The position numbers were made by a program, and so were the translations under genes. A DNA stretch of 64,000 bases from Gemmatimonas sp. (GTDB lineage Bacteria > Gemmatimonadota > Gemmatimonadetes > Gemmatimonadales > Gemmatimonadaceae). Location: assembly GCA_031414535.1 (NCBI GenBank), contig JANNVQ010000029.1, positions 1 to 64,000 of the forward strand, given 5' to 3'. This document shows positions 48,173 to 59,518 of the stretch, piece after piece. The notes under the pieces were generated by a model, which searched no databases, was not told where the DNA came from, and worked only from the letters and a program-made list of their open reading frames with translations. Numbering within the stretch: the first letter of the stretch is position 1; each line of letters begins with the position of its first letter.

Positions 48173-50517
48173 GCCGCGCGCAGGAGTTTGAGCGCCACCA
48201 GCGTTTCGTTGAGGGCTTGTTCGAGTCCTGTGAGCATCGGATAGAGCGCGAGGTCATCCGCCACCTGCGACGCTTCCTCGACGGACCTGGCGGCCTCTTC
48301 TACAGCCACGGCTCCGAGTTGCGCGGCCGATCCCCGGAGAGAGTGCGCAGAGCGTTCCATCGCGTCCCGGTCTCCTCGCCCCAGCGCATCACGCAAGGCT
48401 TGCATGCGGCCCGGGCCGGCTGCCACGAACGAGTCGGTGATGGCGTCCGCGGCGGCACCGGTTTTGTCGAGCCGCCGCAAGACTTCGAGCCGCGACTCCT
48501 CAATGAGCGTGGCGCGGACCAATCGGGGCATTCGCGTGAGCGTGCTCTCCTCAACGGCGGCCAACTGTTCCTGCTCCGGCAGCCAGCGCGCCAGTATTTC
48601 GCCTAAGGATTCCGGCGAGATGGGCTTCGGCAGTACATCATCCATCCCGCAATCGAGGGCCTTTCTTCGGTCCTCGGGGAAGGCACTCGCCGAGCAAGCA
48701 ATCACCGGCACGCGGGTGTTTGCTGGGGTATTCGCTCGCAGTCGACGTGTCGCCTCGTAGCCATCCAGCCCTGGCATGGATCCGTCCATCAACACGAGAT
48801 CCCAATGCGCCTCTGCAACCATGCGCAGGCATTCGTAACCATCCGACGCTAGTTCAACGAAGCAGCCTTCGCGTTCCAACATCAGCTTGCCCACCAACTG
48901 ATTCACGGGGTTATCGTCCACGAGTAGCACGCGGGCCCCGCGGAAGCGCCGAGTGGGTTTGACCGGCACCGAGGTCAAGGGAATTGCTTCTGCCAACACG
49001 CAGGGGATGGTCAAGGTAAACGTAGACCCTTCACCCGCGACGCTCGCGACCGAGATGTGTCCATCCATCAGATTGGAGATCTGCTGCGAGATGGCGAGGC
49101 CCAGCCCGGTTCCCTTTTGTCGGCGCGCTGAGGAGTCGTCCACTTGCTCGAAGTTGCGGAACAAGCGTTCCTGATCTTCCGGCGCGATGCCGATGCCAGT
49201 ATCGCGCACTGCAAACTTCAAACGCGCGTCTGGCGTGCCTGGGGCAATAATCTGCAAGTCGAGTGAGACGCTTCCGTGATCGGTGAACTTGATGGCATTG
49301 CCGACAAGATTGAGCAGGACTTGCCGCATCCGGCCGGCATCGGCCATCACGTAGGGCGGCACATCGTCAGCGATGGTGGCCGTGAGGCGGAGTCCCTTGC
49401 TGCGTGCTCCAACCTCCAAGATTGAGACCACACCGCGTACGATCTCGGAGATGGCCACCGGGGCAGGACTCAGACTCATCTTGCCGGCCTCGAGCTTGGA
49501 GAAGTCCAAGACATCGTTGACCACGGTGAGCAATGATTCTGCGGACGCGAGCAGTGTGGTAGCGAGCCGTCGCTGGTTGTCGTTGAGGGTTTCATCGAGC
49601 AAGAGTCGTGCGAGGCCAAGCACGCCGTTGAGTGGCGTGCGAATCTCGTGGCTCATGGTGGCCAAGAAGGTGCCTTTGCTCTTAGCCAGGTCTTCAGCCT
49701 GCTGCCGCGCCACCTCGCGACGCCGTGCGGCGATGCGTTCTGCCGTTACGTCGTGGCTCACCATCACGTATCCATCGAGCCCGCCGTCCACACCGTGCAG
49801 CGGCGCGATGGACCAGCGACACCACACCCTCGATCCGTCGCGTCGGCGCAGCCGCGAAACGCCAGCCACTTTGCCGCGACTGGCGGTCGCGAGCACGCGC
49901 TGAAAGCGCGCCCGCATCCCGCGGCCCTTCTTCAACTCCCAGAGCGGACGTCCCATAAGTGCAGCGACCGGCCAACCCGTCAGCGAGGCGTTCGCGCCGT
50001 TGAGGCGCTGGATATAGCCACGCGCATCGAGCAGAAGTACCGCGTGCTCCGTGATGCTCTCGAATACGGAGTTGAGTTCCTTCTCGGCGGACTGCAGGCG
50101 CGACATAGCCTCGCGCTTGTCGCTGACATCCTGTTCAATGGCAATAAATCGACCCATGCCCGCACGCTCACCGAGTATGTGCACCAGTGAGATTTCCATC
50201 CAGTACGGATTTCCGTTCTTGTGGTAGTTGACGATTTCTGTCTTCACAGGGACGCGCTCTGCGATTGCGTACCGCAGGATGGCGCGAGCGGCTTCGTCAG
50301 TGCTTGGCCCCTGCAGCGACGGGCCGGGGCGCTTGCCCCGCATTTCGTGGAGCGTGTAGCCGGAAATGCGTTCAAACGCGGCGTTTACATACAGCACGCG
50401 CTCGTCTTCGTCCGTGATGACGATACCCGCACTTGAGTACTTCGCCACCTGAGCGAGTAGCGCGTCATCAGGGGCAAGAAGAGACGCAAATTCGGATGCT
50501 TGAGCGTCTTCAGACAT
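48169..50517 (-). CDS. Cytoplasmic hybrid histidine kinase (PAS-PAS-HisKA-HATPase-REC-HPt)
   Basis: 'MSHEIRTPLNG', 'NLVGNAIKFT', 'GTGLGL', 'LMDGSMP', 'AHSLRG'. Confidence 0.95.
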   Translation of the reverse strand: MSEDAQASEFASLLAPDDALLAQVAKYSSAGIVITDEDERVLYVNAAFERISGYTLHEMRGKRPGPSLQGPSTDEAARAILRYAIAERVPVKTEIVNYHKNGNPYWMEISLVHILGERAGMGRFIAIEQDVSDKREAMSRLQSAEKELNSVFESITEHAVLLLDARGYIQRLNGANASLTGWPVAALMGRPLWELKKGRGMRARFQRVLATASRGKVAGVSRLRRRDGSRVWCRWSIAPLHGVDGGLDGYVMVSHDVTAERIAARRREVARQQAEDLAKSKGTFLATMSHEIRTPLNGVLGLARLLLDETLNDNQRRLATTLLASAESLLTVVNDVLDFSKLEAGKMSLSPAPVAISEIVRGVVSILEVGARSKGLRLTATIADDVPPYVMADAGRMRQVLLNLVGNAIKFTDHGSVSLDLQIIAPGTPDARLKFAVRDTGIGIAPEDQERLFRNFEQVDDSSARRQKGTGLGLAISQQISNLMDGHISVASVAGEGSTFTLTIPCVLAEAIPLTSVPVKPTRRFRGARVLLVDDNPVNQLVGKLMLEREGCFVELASDGYECLRMVAEAHWDLVLMDGSMPGLDGYEATRRLRANTPANTRVPVIACSASAFPEDRRKALDCGMDDVLPKPISPESLGEILARWLPEQEQLAAVEESTLTRMPRLVRATLIEESRLEVLRRLDKTGAAADAITDSFVAAGPGRMQALRDALGRGDRDAMERSAHSLRGSAAQLGAVAVEEAARSVEEASQVADDLALYPMLTGLEQALNETLVALKLLRAA

Positions 50518-50601
50518 GGGCACAATGCAGTCGGGGGTGTAGGGTCTTCCCCGGTAGTGTCGGTCGCTGGCCCAGCCGCTAAAGGGCGTATCCGTTGCCC
50601 G

Positions 50602-51690
50602 CTACCGATAGTGCGCTGCCACGCGGCCACCTAGCGAGCGCCAGGCTGGGTCGTCCGTGAGCGCCGCTACGTACCAGAAGGAGAGCACGGAATCGGTCCA
50701 TGCGATGCCCTTCTCCTCCCCGAGGAATTGTTCACCGCCGGGGAAGACTCGCGTGTTGCCAATGAGCGATATCGCACCATCGCGGCCAATTCGGGTCGCC
50801 TGCCACTCGGTGCCGCGGGCAATTGCGTCCCAGAGCCGCGTGCGCAATGCGTCGTCGGGGGGCAACGCGAGCCAAGTACCAATCGCGCGAAGGAGCGCCA
50901 CTGCCTGATAGCTGCTGTCGTGGCCACCACCCTCGGTGAAGACACCGTCGGTACGCTGGAGCGCGAGGGCTGCGTCGGTGAATCGCCGCGCGGCACTGAG
51001 CGCATCGTCCCGCCCCAACCAGCGTCCCACAGTGGCCAGCGCCTGCGCATCAAAAAGCAGGCGGTTCGGTGCCGCGGCGTCGGATGTCAGCAGCACCGCT
51101 TCGCGAGCGAGCATCCAGTCAAGCGACCGTGCGATTGCGGGCCGAAGCGAATCGACCACCATCCGCGCGGCAGCGAGCGAGCTTGCATTGCGCCAGGTCG
51201 CAGAGGCGTCGAGCAGCAGCAACATTCTTCCCACCTCGCTCAGGAAGAACGCATGCCCACTAGCGATGTCGCCGGCACTCGGTGGCGGGAACCCCGCAGC
51301 GAGACTCGGAGGCGGAACGACTGGGAATCCACCGTCCGCCTGCTGATACCCGTAGGCGTACCAGAGCGCCGCCACACCCTCCGCGAGCGCGCTGGCATCA
51401 GCTGCCACGATACCGTAGCTGACTGGCGCTGAAAGCCCGATCTGAAAGCGCACGGAGAAGTACGCCGGCTTGTTCCGCGAGAGTGCGCCGCTCGCATCTG
51501 GCTTGTTGGTTGCGGCGAGGCCCTGAAGCGCCGTGACGTCAAAGGTGGCCAGCGCCTCTGCGTCCGTGAGAGCGAGCGGACTTCGTGAGACAGTCAGCGG
51601 GGCGACGGGCGCCGCGGTTGTTTTCCCGGCGCCTTCGCAGCCTGCGAGCGCGGCAATTACTGAAGCGAGCACAATCCGTAGCATACTCAT
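50602..51690 (-). CDS. Hypothetical lipoprotein (helical, alpha/alpha-barrel-like)
   Basis: Lipobox 'LAGC'; 'QQADGGF' and 'QRTDGVFTEGGGHDSSYQ' repeats. Confidence 0.65.
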   Translation of the reverse strand: MSMLRIVLASVIAALAGCEGAGKTTAAPVAPLTVSRSPLALTDAEALATFDVTALQGLAATNKPDASGALSRNKPAYFSVRFQIGLSAPVSYGIVAADASALAEGVAALWYAYGYQQADGGFPVVPPPSLAAGFPPPSAGDIASGHAFFLSEVGRMLLLLDASATWRNASSLAAARMVVDSLRPAIARSLDWMLAREAVLLTSDAAAPNRLLFDAQALATVGRWLGRDDALSAARRFTDAALALQRTDGVFTEGGGHDSSYQAVALLRAIGTWLALPPDDALRTRLWDAIARGTEWQATRIGRDGAISLIGNTRVFPGGEQFLGEEKGIAWTDSVLSFWYVAALTDDPAWRSLGGRVAAHYR

Positions 51691-51727
51691 TCTACGACGG
51701 ATTGCGCTCACCCGTTAAGGCGTTCGC

Positions 51728-53770
<2,043 letters not shown>

Positions 53771-54124
53771 CTAACGAGCGTCTCGACCGGTCGGTTCGCG
53801 CAGCAGTTCCCAGCGGATTTTCTTCACGCCCGTATCGCCGGTTGCGTCGTTCAGTTTGGCCACCAAACTGCGCTCCATCATCGAGAGCTCCTGCATCCAG
53901 CCGTGCGTCTTGACGCCGATGACCATCGTGCCGTCCTCCGTGATCAGTCGCGCCTGAGTCACGCCCGCAATCTGCGTTCCCACGATGCGAGGCCAGAGCT
54001 CCAACACTTGGGCGCGTTGCACGTCTGCATCGAGGCCGCTCGCCTTCAAGGCCTCGGCCAGTGACTCCGCAATCGGACGCAGCGCGTTGCGCCCACTACG
54101 ATGCTTGCGGTCCTCGTAGCTCAT
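53771..54124 (-). CDS. DUF721/DciA family protein
   Basis: 'WPRIVG..IA..T', 'WMQEL'; located between recF and gyrB. Confidence 0.85.
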   Translation of the reverse strand: MSYEDRKHRSGRNALRPIAESLAEALKASGLDADVQRAQVLELWPRIVGTQIAGVTQARLITEDGTMVIGVKTHGWMQELSMMERSLVAKLNDATGDTGVKKIRWELLREPTGRDAR

Positions 54125-55236
54125 CGAGAGAAGCTCCCGCCTTTCACGCCCCAGCGCTCGAACCGCGTGAAGCGGGCAGGAATCTCGTCCTCGCGCGGCA
54201 CGCAGAGCACACACTGTCCAACGCCTTGTTCCTCGAGCAAGCCAAGGATGCTCGCGGTGCGACGGCGATCCAACTCCGCGAAGGGATCGTCGAGCAGGAG
54301 CATGGGCACGACGCCGGTCGCGTCGCTGTGCGTGTTGGCCTCGAGCATGCGCAGGACAATCGCTGCCGTGCGCTGTTGACCCGCCGAGCCCACTTGCCGC
54401 AGGTCGTGCTCACCAAGCAGCAGGACGAGGTCGTCGCGATGCGGCCCAGCCTGCGTGAGCCCGCGTCGGCAATCGTGCTCGCGCTGACGCTCCAACTGCG
54501 CCAGCAACTCCGCGCGCGGATCATCGGATACGGCGGCCGTGCCCTCATAGGTGAGTGCTGCCACCTGCGTCTCGCCGATTGCGAGGCACAGCGCCGTGAA
54601 GTCGGCGGCCCGCGCGGCCGTCCACGCGCGTCTCTCAAGCACCAACACCGCGCCATATTCGGCCAGTGCCGGTTCCCAGGCCGCAGCCGATGCAAGCCCA
54701 CTCTTGTTGGCACCGCGCTTCTGTGCTTCTCGCAGCGCCGCATTCCGACGCAAAAGCGCCGCGCGGTACTTCCTGAGAGCGCTTAAGTAAGACGGAGACG
54801 TGAGCGCGAGCGTGATATCGAGATAGCGTCTCCGCTCCGCTGGCGCGCCGGCAATCAAGTCCACGTCACGCGGCGAGAAGCTCACACTCGGCAGCGCATC
54901 CAAGCTGTCACTGAGCTTTTCGGGCTCGGCGCCGTCAAGCGTGACCTTCTTGCGGCCGCCGCGATCAACGCCGACTCCTGCGCGCTGCGCCGTGACATTC
55001 TCCAGTTCGGCGCTCAGGTGAAACGCTGGTGCGCCAAAGCGAATGAGCTCACGATCTCGCGCACCACGCAAGGAACGCAGCAAGCGGAAGTAAGCGATGA
55101 CCTCCACGGCGTTCGTCTTGCCTTGGCCATTCTCGCCGACGAGCGCGAGGCCTTCTGGCGGGAAGCTCAGCTCCGCCTGCGCGATGTTGCGAAAGTCGCG
55201 GACGGTCAGGGAGCGAAGCTGCGCAGCCTTACGCAC
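54121..55236 (-). CDS. recF: DNA replication/repair protein RecF
   Basis: 'DFRN', 'GENGQGKTN', 'GPHRDDL', 'SAGQQR', 'LLDDPFAELD'. Confidence 0.95.
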   Translation of the reverse strand: MRKAAQLRSLTVRDFRNIAQAELSFPPEGLALVGENGQGKTNAVEVIAYFRLLRSLRGARDRELIRFGAPAFHLSAELENVTAQRAGVGVDRGGRKKVTLDGAEPEKLSDSLDALPSVSFSPRDVDLIAGAPAERRRYLDITLALTSPSYLSALRKYRAALLRRNAALREAQKRGANKSGLASAAAWEPALAEYGAVLVLERRAWTAARAADFTALCLAIGETQVAALTYEGTAAVSDDPRAELLAQLERQREHDCRRGLTQAGPHRDDLVLLLGEHDLRQVGSAGQQRTAAIVLRMLEANTHSDATGVVPMLLLDDPFAELDRRRTASILGLLEEQGVGQCVLCVPREDEIPARFTRFERWGVKGGSFSR

Positions 55237-56020
55237 CCTTGAAGCTCGGCGCGCGTTTCTCGAGGAATGCTTGCGTCCCCTCGCGCATATCGGCGCTGCG
55301 GCCAAGTATGCCGAAGTGCGAACTCTCCAGCGCGAGCGCTTGATCGAGCGGCAGACCTGCGCCCTCGGCCACCACTTGGATGGCGTGCGCGAGCGCTAGG
55401 GGGCCATTCGCCGACATCTCCTTGGCCATCGAACGCGCCACATCCATCAGCGCCTCTACAGGATATACGGCGTTCACTAATCCGTAATTCAGCGCGGTGC
55501 TGGCGTCGATCATCCCAGCGGTGAGAATCATCTGCATGGCGCGGCCCGTGCCGATGAGCCGCGGCAGGCGCTGCGTGCCACCGTAGCCCGGAATGAGTCC
55601 CAGCTTTGCCTCTGGTAGGCCGAACTTGGCGCCCTCGCTGGCCACACGAATATGGCAGGCGAGGGCAAGTTCCAGTCCGCCACCGAGTGCAAATCCATTG
55701 ATGGCCGCAATAACCGGCTTGTTCAGCCGCTCAATCTTGCTGAACACCCGCGTGCCCGCCAGGCTCAGGGCTTCAAGGCCCGCCGGCGACTCCGCGCCTG
55801 CCGCGACCTCGGCGATGTCAGCTCCCGCCACGAAGGCTCGCCCGGCTCCGGTCAAGATGATCACGCGCACTGCAGCGGTTTGCGAGAGCTCTGTGAACGC
55901 TTTGTCCAACTCGGCGATCACCGTGGAGTTGAGCGCGTTCAGCTTGTCTGGACGGTTGACCGTGACGATGGCCAGTGCGTCTGAAATCTCGAGTGTCAGG
56001 AACGTGAATGGCGTGGTCAT
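55229..56020 (-). CDS. Enoyl-CoA hydratase/isomerase
   Basis: 'AFVAGADI', 'ALGGGLEL', 'GLPEAKLGLIPGYGGTQRL'. Confidence 0.94.
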   Translation of the reverse strand: MTTPFTFLTLEISDALAIVTVNRPDKLNALNSTVIAELDKAFTELSQTAAVRVIILTGAGRAFVAGADIAEVAAGAESPAGLEALSLAGTRVFSKIERLNKPVIAAINGFALGGGLELALACHIRVASEGAKFGLPEAKLGLIPGYGGTQRLPRLIGTGRAMQMILTAGMIDASTALNYGLVNAVYPVEALMDVARSMAKEMSANGPLALAHAIQVVAEGAGLPLDQALALESSHFGILGRSADMREGTQAFLEKRAPSFKGA

Positions 56021-56043
56021 ACGTACAATCTATACATTCGGGT

Positions 56044-57114
56044 GTGACCACGACTGCCATCAAGACCGTGCAGTGGGCGCCGGACGGGGCGCTCCGCATC
56101 ATTGACCAGCGCCTGCTCCCGGAGGAGTACCTGGAGCGCGATTTGCGCAGTGTGGCCGAGGTGGCGGACGCCATCCGCACGCTTGCGGTGCGTGGAGCGC
56201 CGGCGATCGGTGTGGCGGCGGCGATGGGCCTCGCGGCGGCCGTGGACGCCGAGCGTGCCGTGGGGCGTATCAAGGATGCGGCCAGTCTTCGGCGCTTTGT
56301 GCAGGAGGCTGCGAGCATCTTACGCGCCACGCGGCCCACCGCCGTCAATCTTGCCTGGGCGCTTGATCGGATGCTCCGCCTCCTCGACGCCGACACGCGA
56401 GACGATGCGGCGGCGCTCGCGGCGGCAGTGCGCGGCGAAGCCGAGTGCATTCGGGCGGAGGACGCGGCCATGTGCGACGCGATTGGGCAGAATGGTCGCG
56501 CGTTGCTCAAGGACGGCATGCGCGTGCTCACGCACTGCAACGCCGGCGCGCTGGCAACGGCGGGAATCGGTACAGCGTTGGCACCCGTGTACGCGGCACA
56601 GCGCGCGGGGTTGCGCATCGAGGTCTACGCCGACGAAACGCGACCGCTCTTGCAAGGCGCGAGGCTTACGGCCTGGGAGCTGTCCCGCGCGGGTGTGCCG
56701 GTCACTGTGATCACTGACGGCATGGCCGCGAGCCTGATGGCCGCGGGCAAGGTTGATATCGTGCTGGTCGGTGCAGATCGCATTGCCGCCAATGGCGATA
56801 CGGCCAACAAAATCGGCACTTACGCGCTAGCCGTGTTGGCCAAGCACCATCGCATTCCATTCGTAGTTGTGGCGCCCACGAGTACGGTTGATGCCCATAC
56901 GCTGACCGGCGATGCGATTCCAATTGAACAACGCGATGCGAGCGAAGTTACGCATGTGGCTGGAAAGCGCGTCGCGGCATCGGGTGCGATGGTGTTTAAC
57001 CCGGCCTTCGACGTGACGCCGGGCGCGCTCATCACGCACATTGTCACCGAAGAAGCCGTGTTGGTGCCACCGTTTCATTTTGACCACTCGCCCATCTCCT
57101 TGCCTCCGGCTTGA
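56044..57114 (+). CDS. mtnA: Methylthioribose-1-phosphate isomerase
   Basis: 'VRGAPAIG', 'RPTAVNL', 'THCNAG', 'ETRPLLQG', 'NPAFDVTP'. Confidence 0.95.
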   Translation: MTTTAIKTVQWAPDGALRIIDQRLLPEEYLERDLRSVAEVADAIRTLAVRGAPAIGVAAAMGLAAAVDAERAVGRIKDAASLRRFVQEAASILRATRPTAVNLAWALDRMLRLLDADTRDDAAALAAAVRGEAECIRAEDAAMCDAIGQNGRALLKDGMRVLTHCNAGALATAGIGTALAPVYAAQRAGLRIEVYADETRPLLQGARLTAWELSRAGVPVTVITDGMAASLMAAGKVDIVLVGADRIAANGDTANKIGTYALAVLAKHHRIPFVVVAPTSTVDAHTLTGDAIPIEQRDASEVTHVAGKRVAASGAMVFNPAFDVTPGALITHIVTEEAVLVPPFHFDHSPISLPPA

Positions 57115-57124
57115 GGGAGTTTCC

Positions 57125-58606
57125 GTGCGCCACGTTCTTGCGCTCGATCAAGGCACCACCGGTTCAACCGCACTCGTTATCGCCGAGGATGGGCGAGTGG
57201 TGGGCCGCGGCTATCGTGAAATCACGCAGCATTTTCCAGAGCCTGGCTGGGTAGAGCACGACGCCGAGGAGATTTTCGCGCGCACGATGGAAGCGGCGCG
57301 CGATGCTTTGGCGCTGGCGAACGTGAGGCCCGAGGCCGTGGGTATCACGAACCAGCGCGAGACTATCGTGCTCTGGGATCGGAAGACGGGCAAGCCGCTG
57401 GAACGGGCGATCGTGTGGCAAGACCGTCGTACTACGCGGCGCTGTGCGGCTTTGCGTGAGGCGGGGCAGGCACCGGCCATTTATGCCGCAACGGGACTCG
57501 TCACCGACCCATACTTTAGCGCCACCAAGCTCGAGTGGCTGCTCAAGGAGCGGGCGCGCGGAGTCTCTCCGGACAATCTTGCGGCCGGAACCATTGATAG
57601 CTGGCTAGTGTGGAAGCTCACCAACGGCGCGGTACACGCGACTGATCCAACTAATGCTTCGCGCACTATGCTCTTCGACATCGGAGCGAAGCAGTGGAGC
57701 GAGCAACTCTGCGCACTATTTGGAGTGCCGCTCGGGATTCTCCCGGAGGTGCGAGCGTCGTCGAGTGACTTCGGGGTCGCGGCCGCCGAACATTTCGGTA
57801 TGAGTTTGCCAATCCTCGGCGTCGCGGGTGATCAACAGTCGGCGCTGTTTGGCCAAGGCTGCTGGAGCGCCGGGCAAAGCAAGAACACCTATGGAACGGG
57901 TGCTTTCTTGCTCTTTCACACCGGCAATACGCGGCCAGTGGGTGGGCATGGGATGCTCACTACGCTCAGCTGCGATGCCGAGGGCAAGGCGGCCTACGCT
58001 CTTGAGGCAAGCATTTTTGTTGCGGGTGCCGCCGTGCAGTGGCTGCGCGACGGACTTGGTCTGGTGGCCCGTGCGGGTGAGACCGAAGCGATGGCGCGTT
58101 CGCTCGAGAGCAATGACGGCGTGTACTTCGTGCCAGCACTCACGGGGCTCGGTGCACCGCACTGGGAGCCAGAGGCGCGCGGGACCATCGTTGGCCTGAC
58201 GCGCGGTACATCGCGGGATCATCTTGTCCGCGCCGCACTTGAGGCGATGGCGTATGGAACGGCTGACGTGCTTGAGGCCATGCGCGGCGCGAGCGGCGCA
58301 CCGCTCGATGTGTTGCGTGTAGATGGTGGCGCGGCGCAGAACGATTGGTTGATGCAGTTTCAATCTGACGTGCTCGGCGTGCCAGTGGAGCGGCCTGATC
58401 TTGTGGAGACCACGGCACTTGGCGCGGCTGGACTGGCCGGCATCGCGGGTGGTGTGTGGCCGAATGCGCAGGCGTTTCACGCCTCGCGAAAGTTCTCGCG
58501 CTTTGAGCCCGCACCTGGTGCAAACGTGGCGAAAGCCGGACTCGGCGGTTGGCGTCGTGCGACGCGTGCAGCTGTCAGTTGGGCGCGGGATAAGGACAAC
58601 GGATGA
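57125..58606 (+). CDS. glpK: Glycerol kinase
   Basis: 'DQGTTGS', 'TNQRET', 'GDQQSALFG', 'KNTYGTG'. Confidence 0.96.
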   Translation: MRHVLALDQGTTGSTALVIAEDGRVVGRGYREITQHFPEPGWVEHDAEEIFARTMEAARDALALANVRPEAVGITNQRETIVLWDRKTGKPLERAIVWQDRRTTRRCAALREAGQAPAIYAATGLVTDPYFSATKLEWLLKERARGVSPDNLAAGTIDSWLVWKLTNGAVHATDPTNASRTMLFDIGAKQWSEQLCALFGVPLGILPEVRASSSDFGVAAAEHFGMSLPILGVAGDQQSALFGQGCWSAGQSKNTYGTGAFLLFHTGNTRPVGGHGMLTTLSCDAEGKAAYALEASIFVAGAAVQWLRDGLGLVARAGETEAMARSLESNDGVYFVPALTGLGAPHWEPEARGTIVGLTRGTSRDHLVRAALEAMAYGTADVLEAMRGASGAPLDVLRVDGGAAQNDWLMQFQSDVLGVPVERPDLVETTALGAAGLAGIAGGVWPNAQAFHASRKFSRFEPAPGANVAKAGLGGWRRATRAAVSWARDKDNG

Positions 58607-58932
58607 CGTTCCCAGTCGTGCTGCTATTGGGCTCATTCCAGTTTGGTGCGCCGCCGGAGCGGGCGCCGGAGGACCCGTGGCTGGGCCGAGACAAGCTCTA
58701 CCACTTTGTGGGATCTGCCGTGATTCAAGGCACTGGGCACGCATTGGGGCGCGCGGCGGGGCTGGATTACCGCGATGCGGCTTGGACCGCGGCGGGACTC
58801 ACGCTGTCTGTTGGGATTGGGAAGGAGCTCCACGACCGCGCGGACGGACGATTCTTCTCGTGGCGGGACCTCAGCGCTGACGTAGCTGGGGGCGGAGTCG
58901 CAGCCGTGACGGCGAGACAGCTCGACCGTTGA
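58603..58932 (+). CDS. YfiM/DUF2279-like small membrane protein
   Basis: 'DPWLGRDKLYHF', 'GKELHD', 'FSWRDL'. Confidence 0.75.
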   Translation: MTFPVVLLLGSFQFGAPPERAPEDPWLGRDKLYHFVGSAVIQGTGHALGRAAGLDYRDAAWTAAGLTLSVGIGKELHDRADGRFFSWRDLSADVAGGGVAAVTARQLDR

Positions 58933-59032
58933 CTGGTCGCGTCGCCGAGACACAGAACCTCGACGCAGTCCGCGGGGCCACCCAAACGGGTAGCCTGAGA
59001 TATATTTCACGCATTCTCGACCAGTGGAGTAT

Positions 59033-59515
59033 ATGATGCACCCCCGCACCAAGTTCCTCCTCGGAGGCGCTGTCGTACTCGGCGCCGCAGGCGTCCTGAT
59101 GGCCGGTGCCATTAAGGACACCGGCATTTATTTCCTGATGCCCGCCGAGCTCGAAGCCAAAGTCGCCCAAGATCCTTCGATTGTGGGAATCGGCGTGAAG
59201 GTTGGTGCCAAGGTTGTGCCGGGCACCGTACAACGCGATTCCTCCGGCCGCATGGTCTCCTTTGACATGACTGACGGGACGGCGACGTATCCGGTGGTGT
59301 ACCGCGGAATTATTCCCGACACGTTCTCGGATTCCGTTGAAGTGGTGGTCGAAGGCCGCCTCGATTCCAAGGGTGTCTTTCAGGCCACGACGCTGCTCGC
59401 CAAGTGCGCGTCGCGCTACGAGGCCACGCCTGAGAGCTACGAAGCCATGCGCGAAGCGATGAAGAACGGCGCTGCGATGCCGGCATCGCACGACAGCACA
59501 GCAAAACAGTACTAA
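59033..59515 (+). CDS. ccmE: Cytochrome c maturation heme chaperone CcmE (CxxxY type)
   Basis: 'YRGIIPDTF', 'VVVEG', 'LLAKCASRY'. Confidence 0.92.
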   Translation: MMHPRTKFLLGGAVVLGAAGVLMAGAIKDTGIYFLMPAELEAKVAQDPSIVGIGVKVGAKVVPGTVQRDSSGRMVSFDMTDGTATYPVVYRGIIPDTFSDSVEVVVEGRLDSKGVFQATTLLAKCASRYEATPESYEAMREAMKNGAAMPASHDSTAKQY

Positions 59516-59518
59516 GCC

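Noticed and set aside
50130..50450. LOV photoreceptor in the first PAS domain of the kinase
   Set aside because: GKRPGPSLQG lacks the photoactive Cys of GxNCRFLQG.
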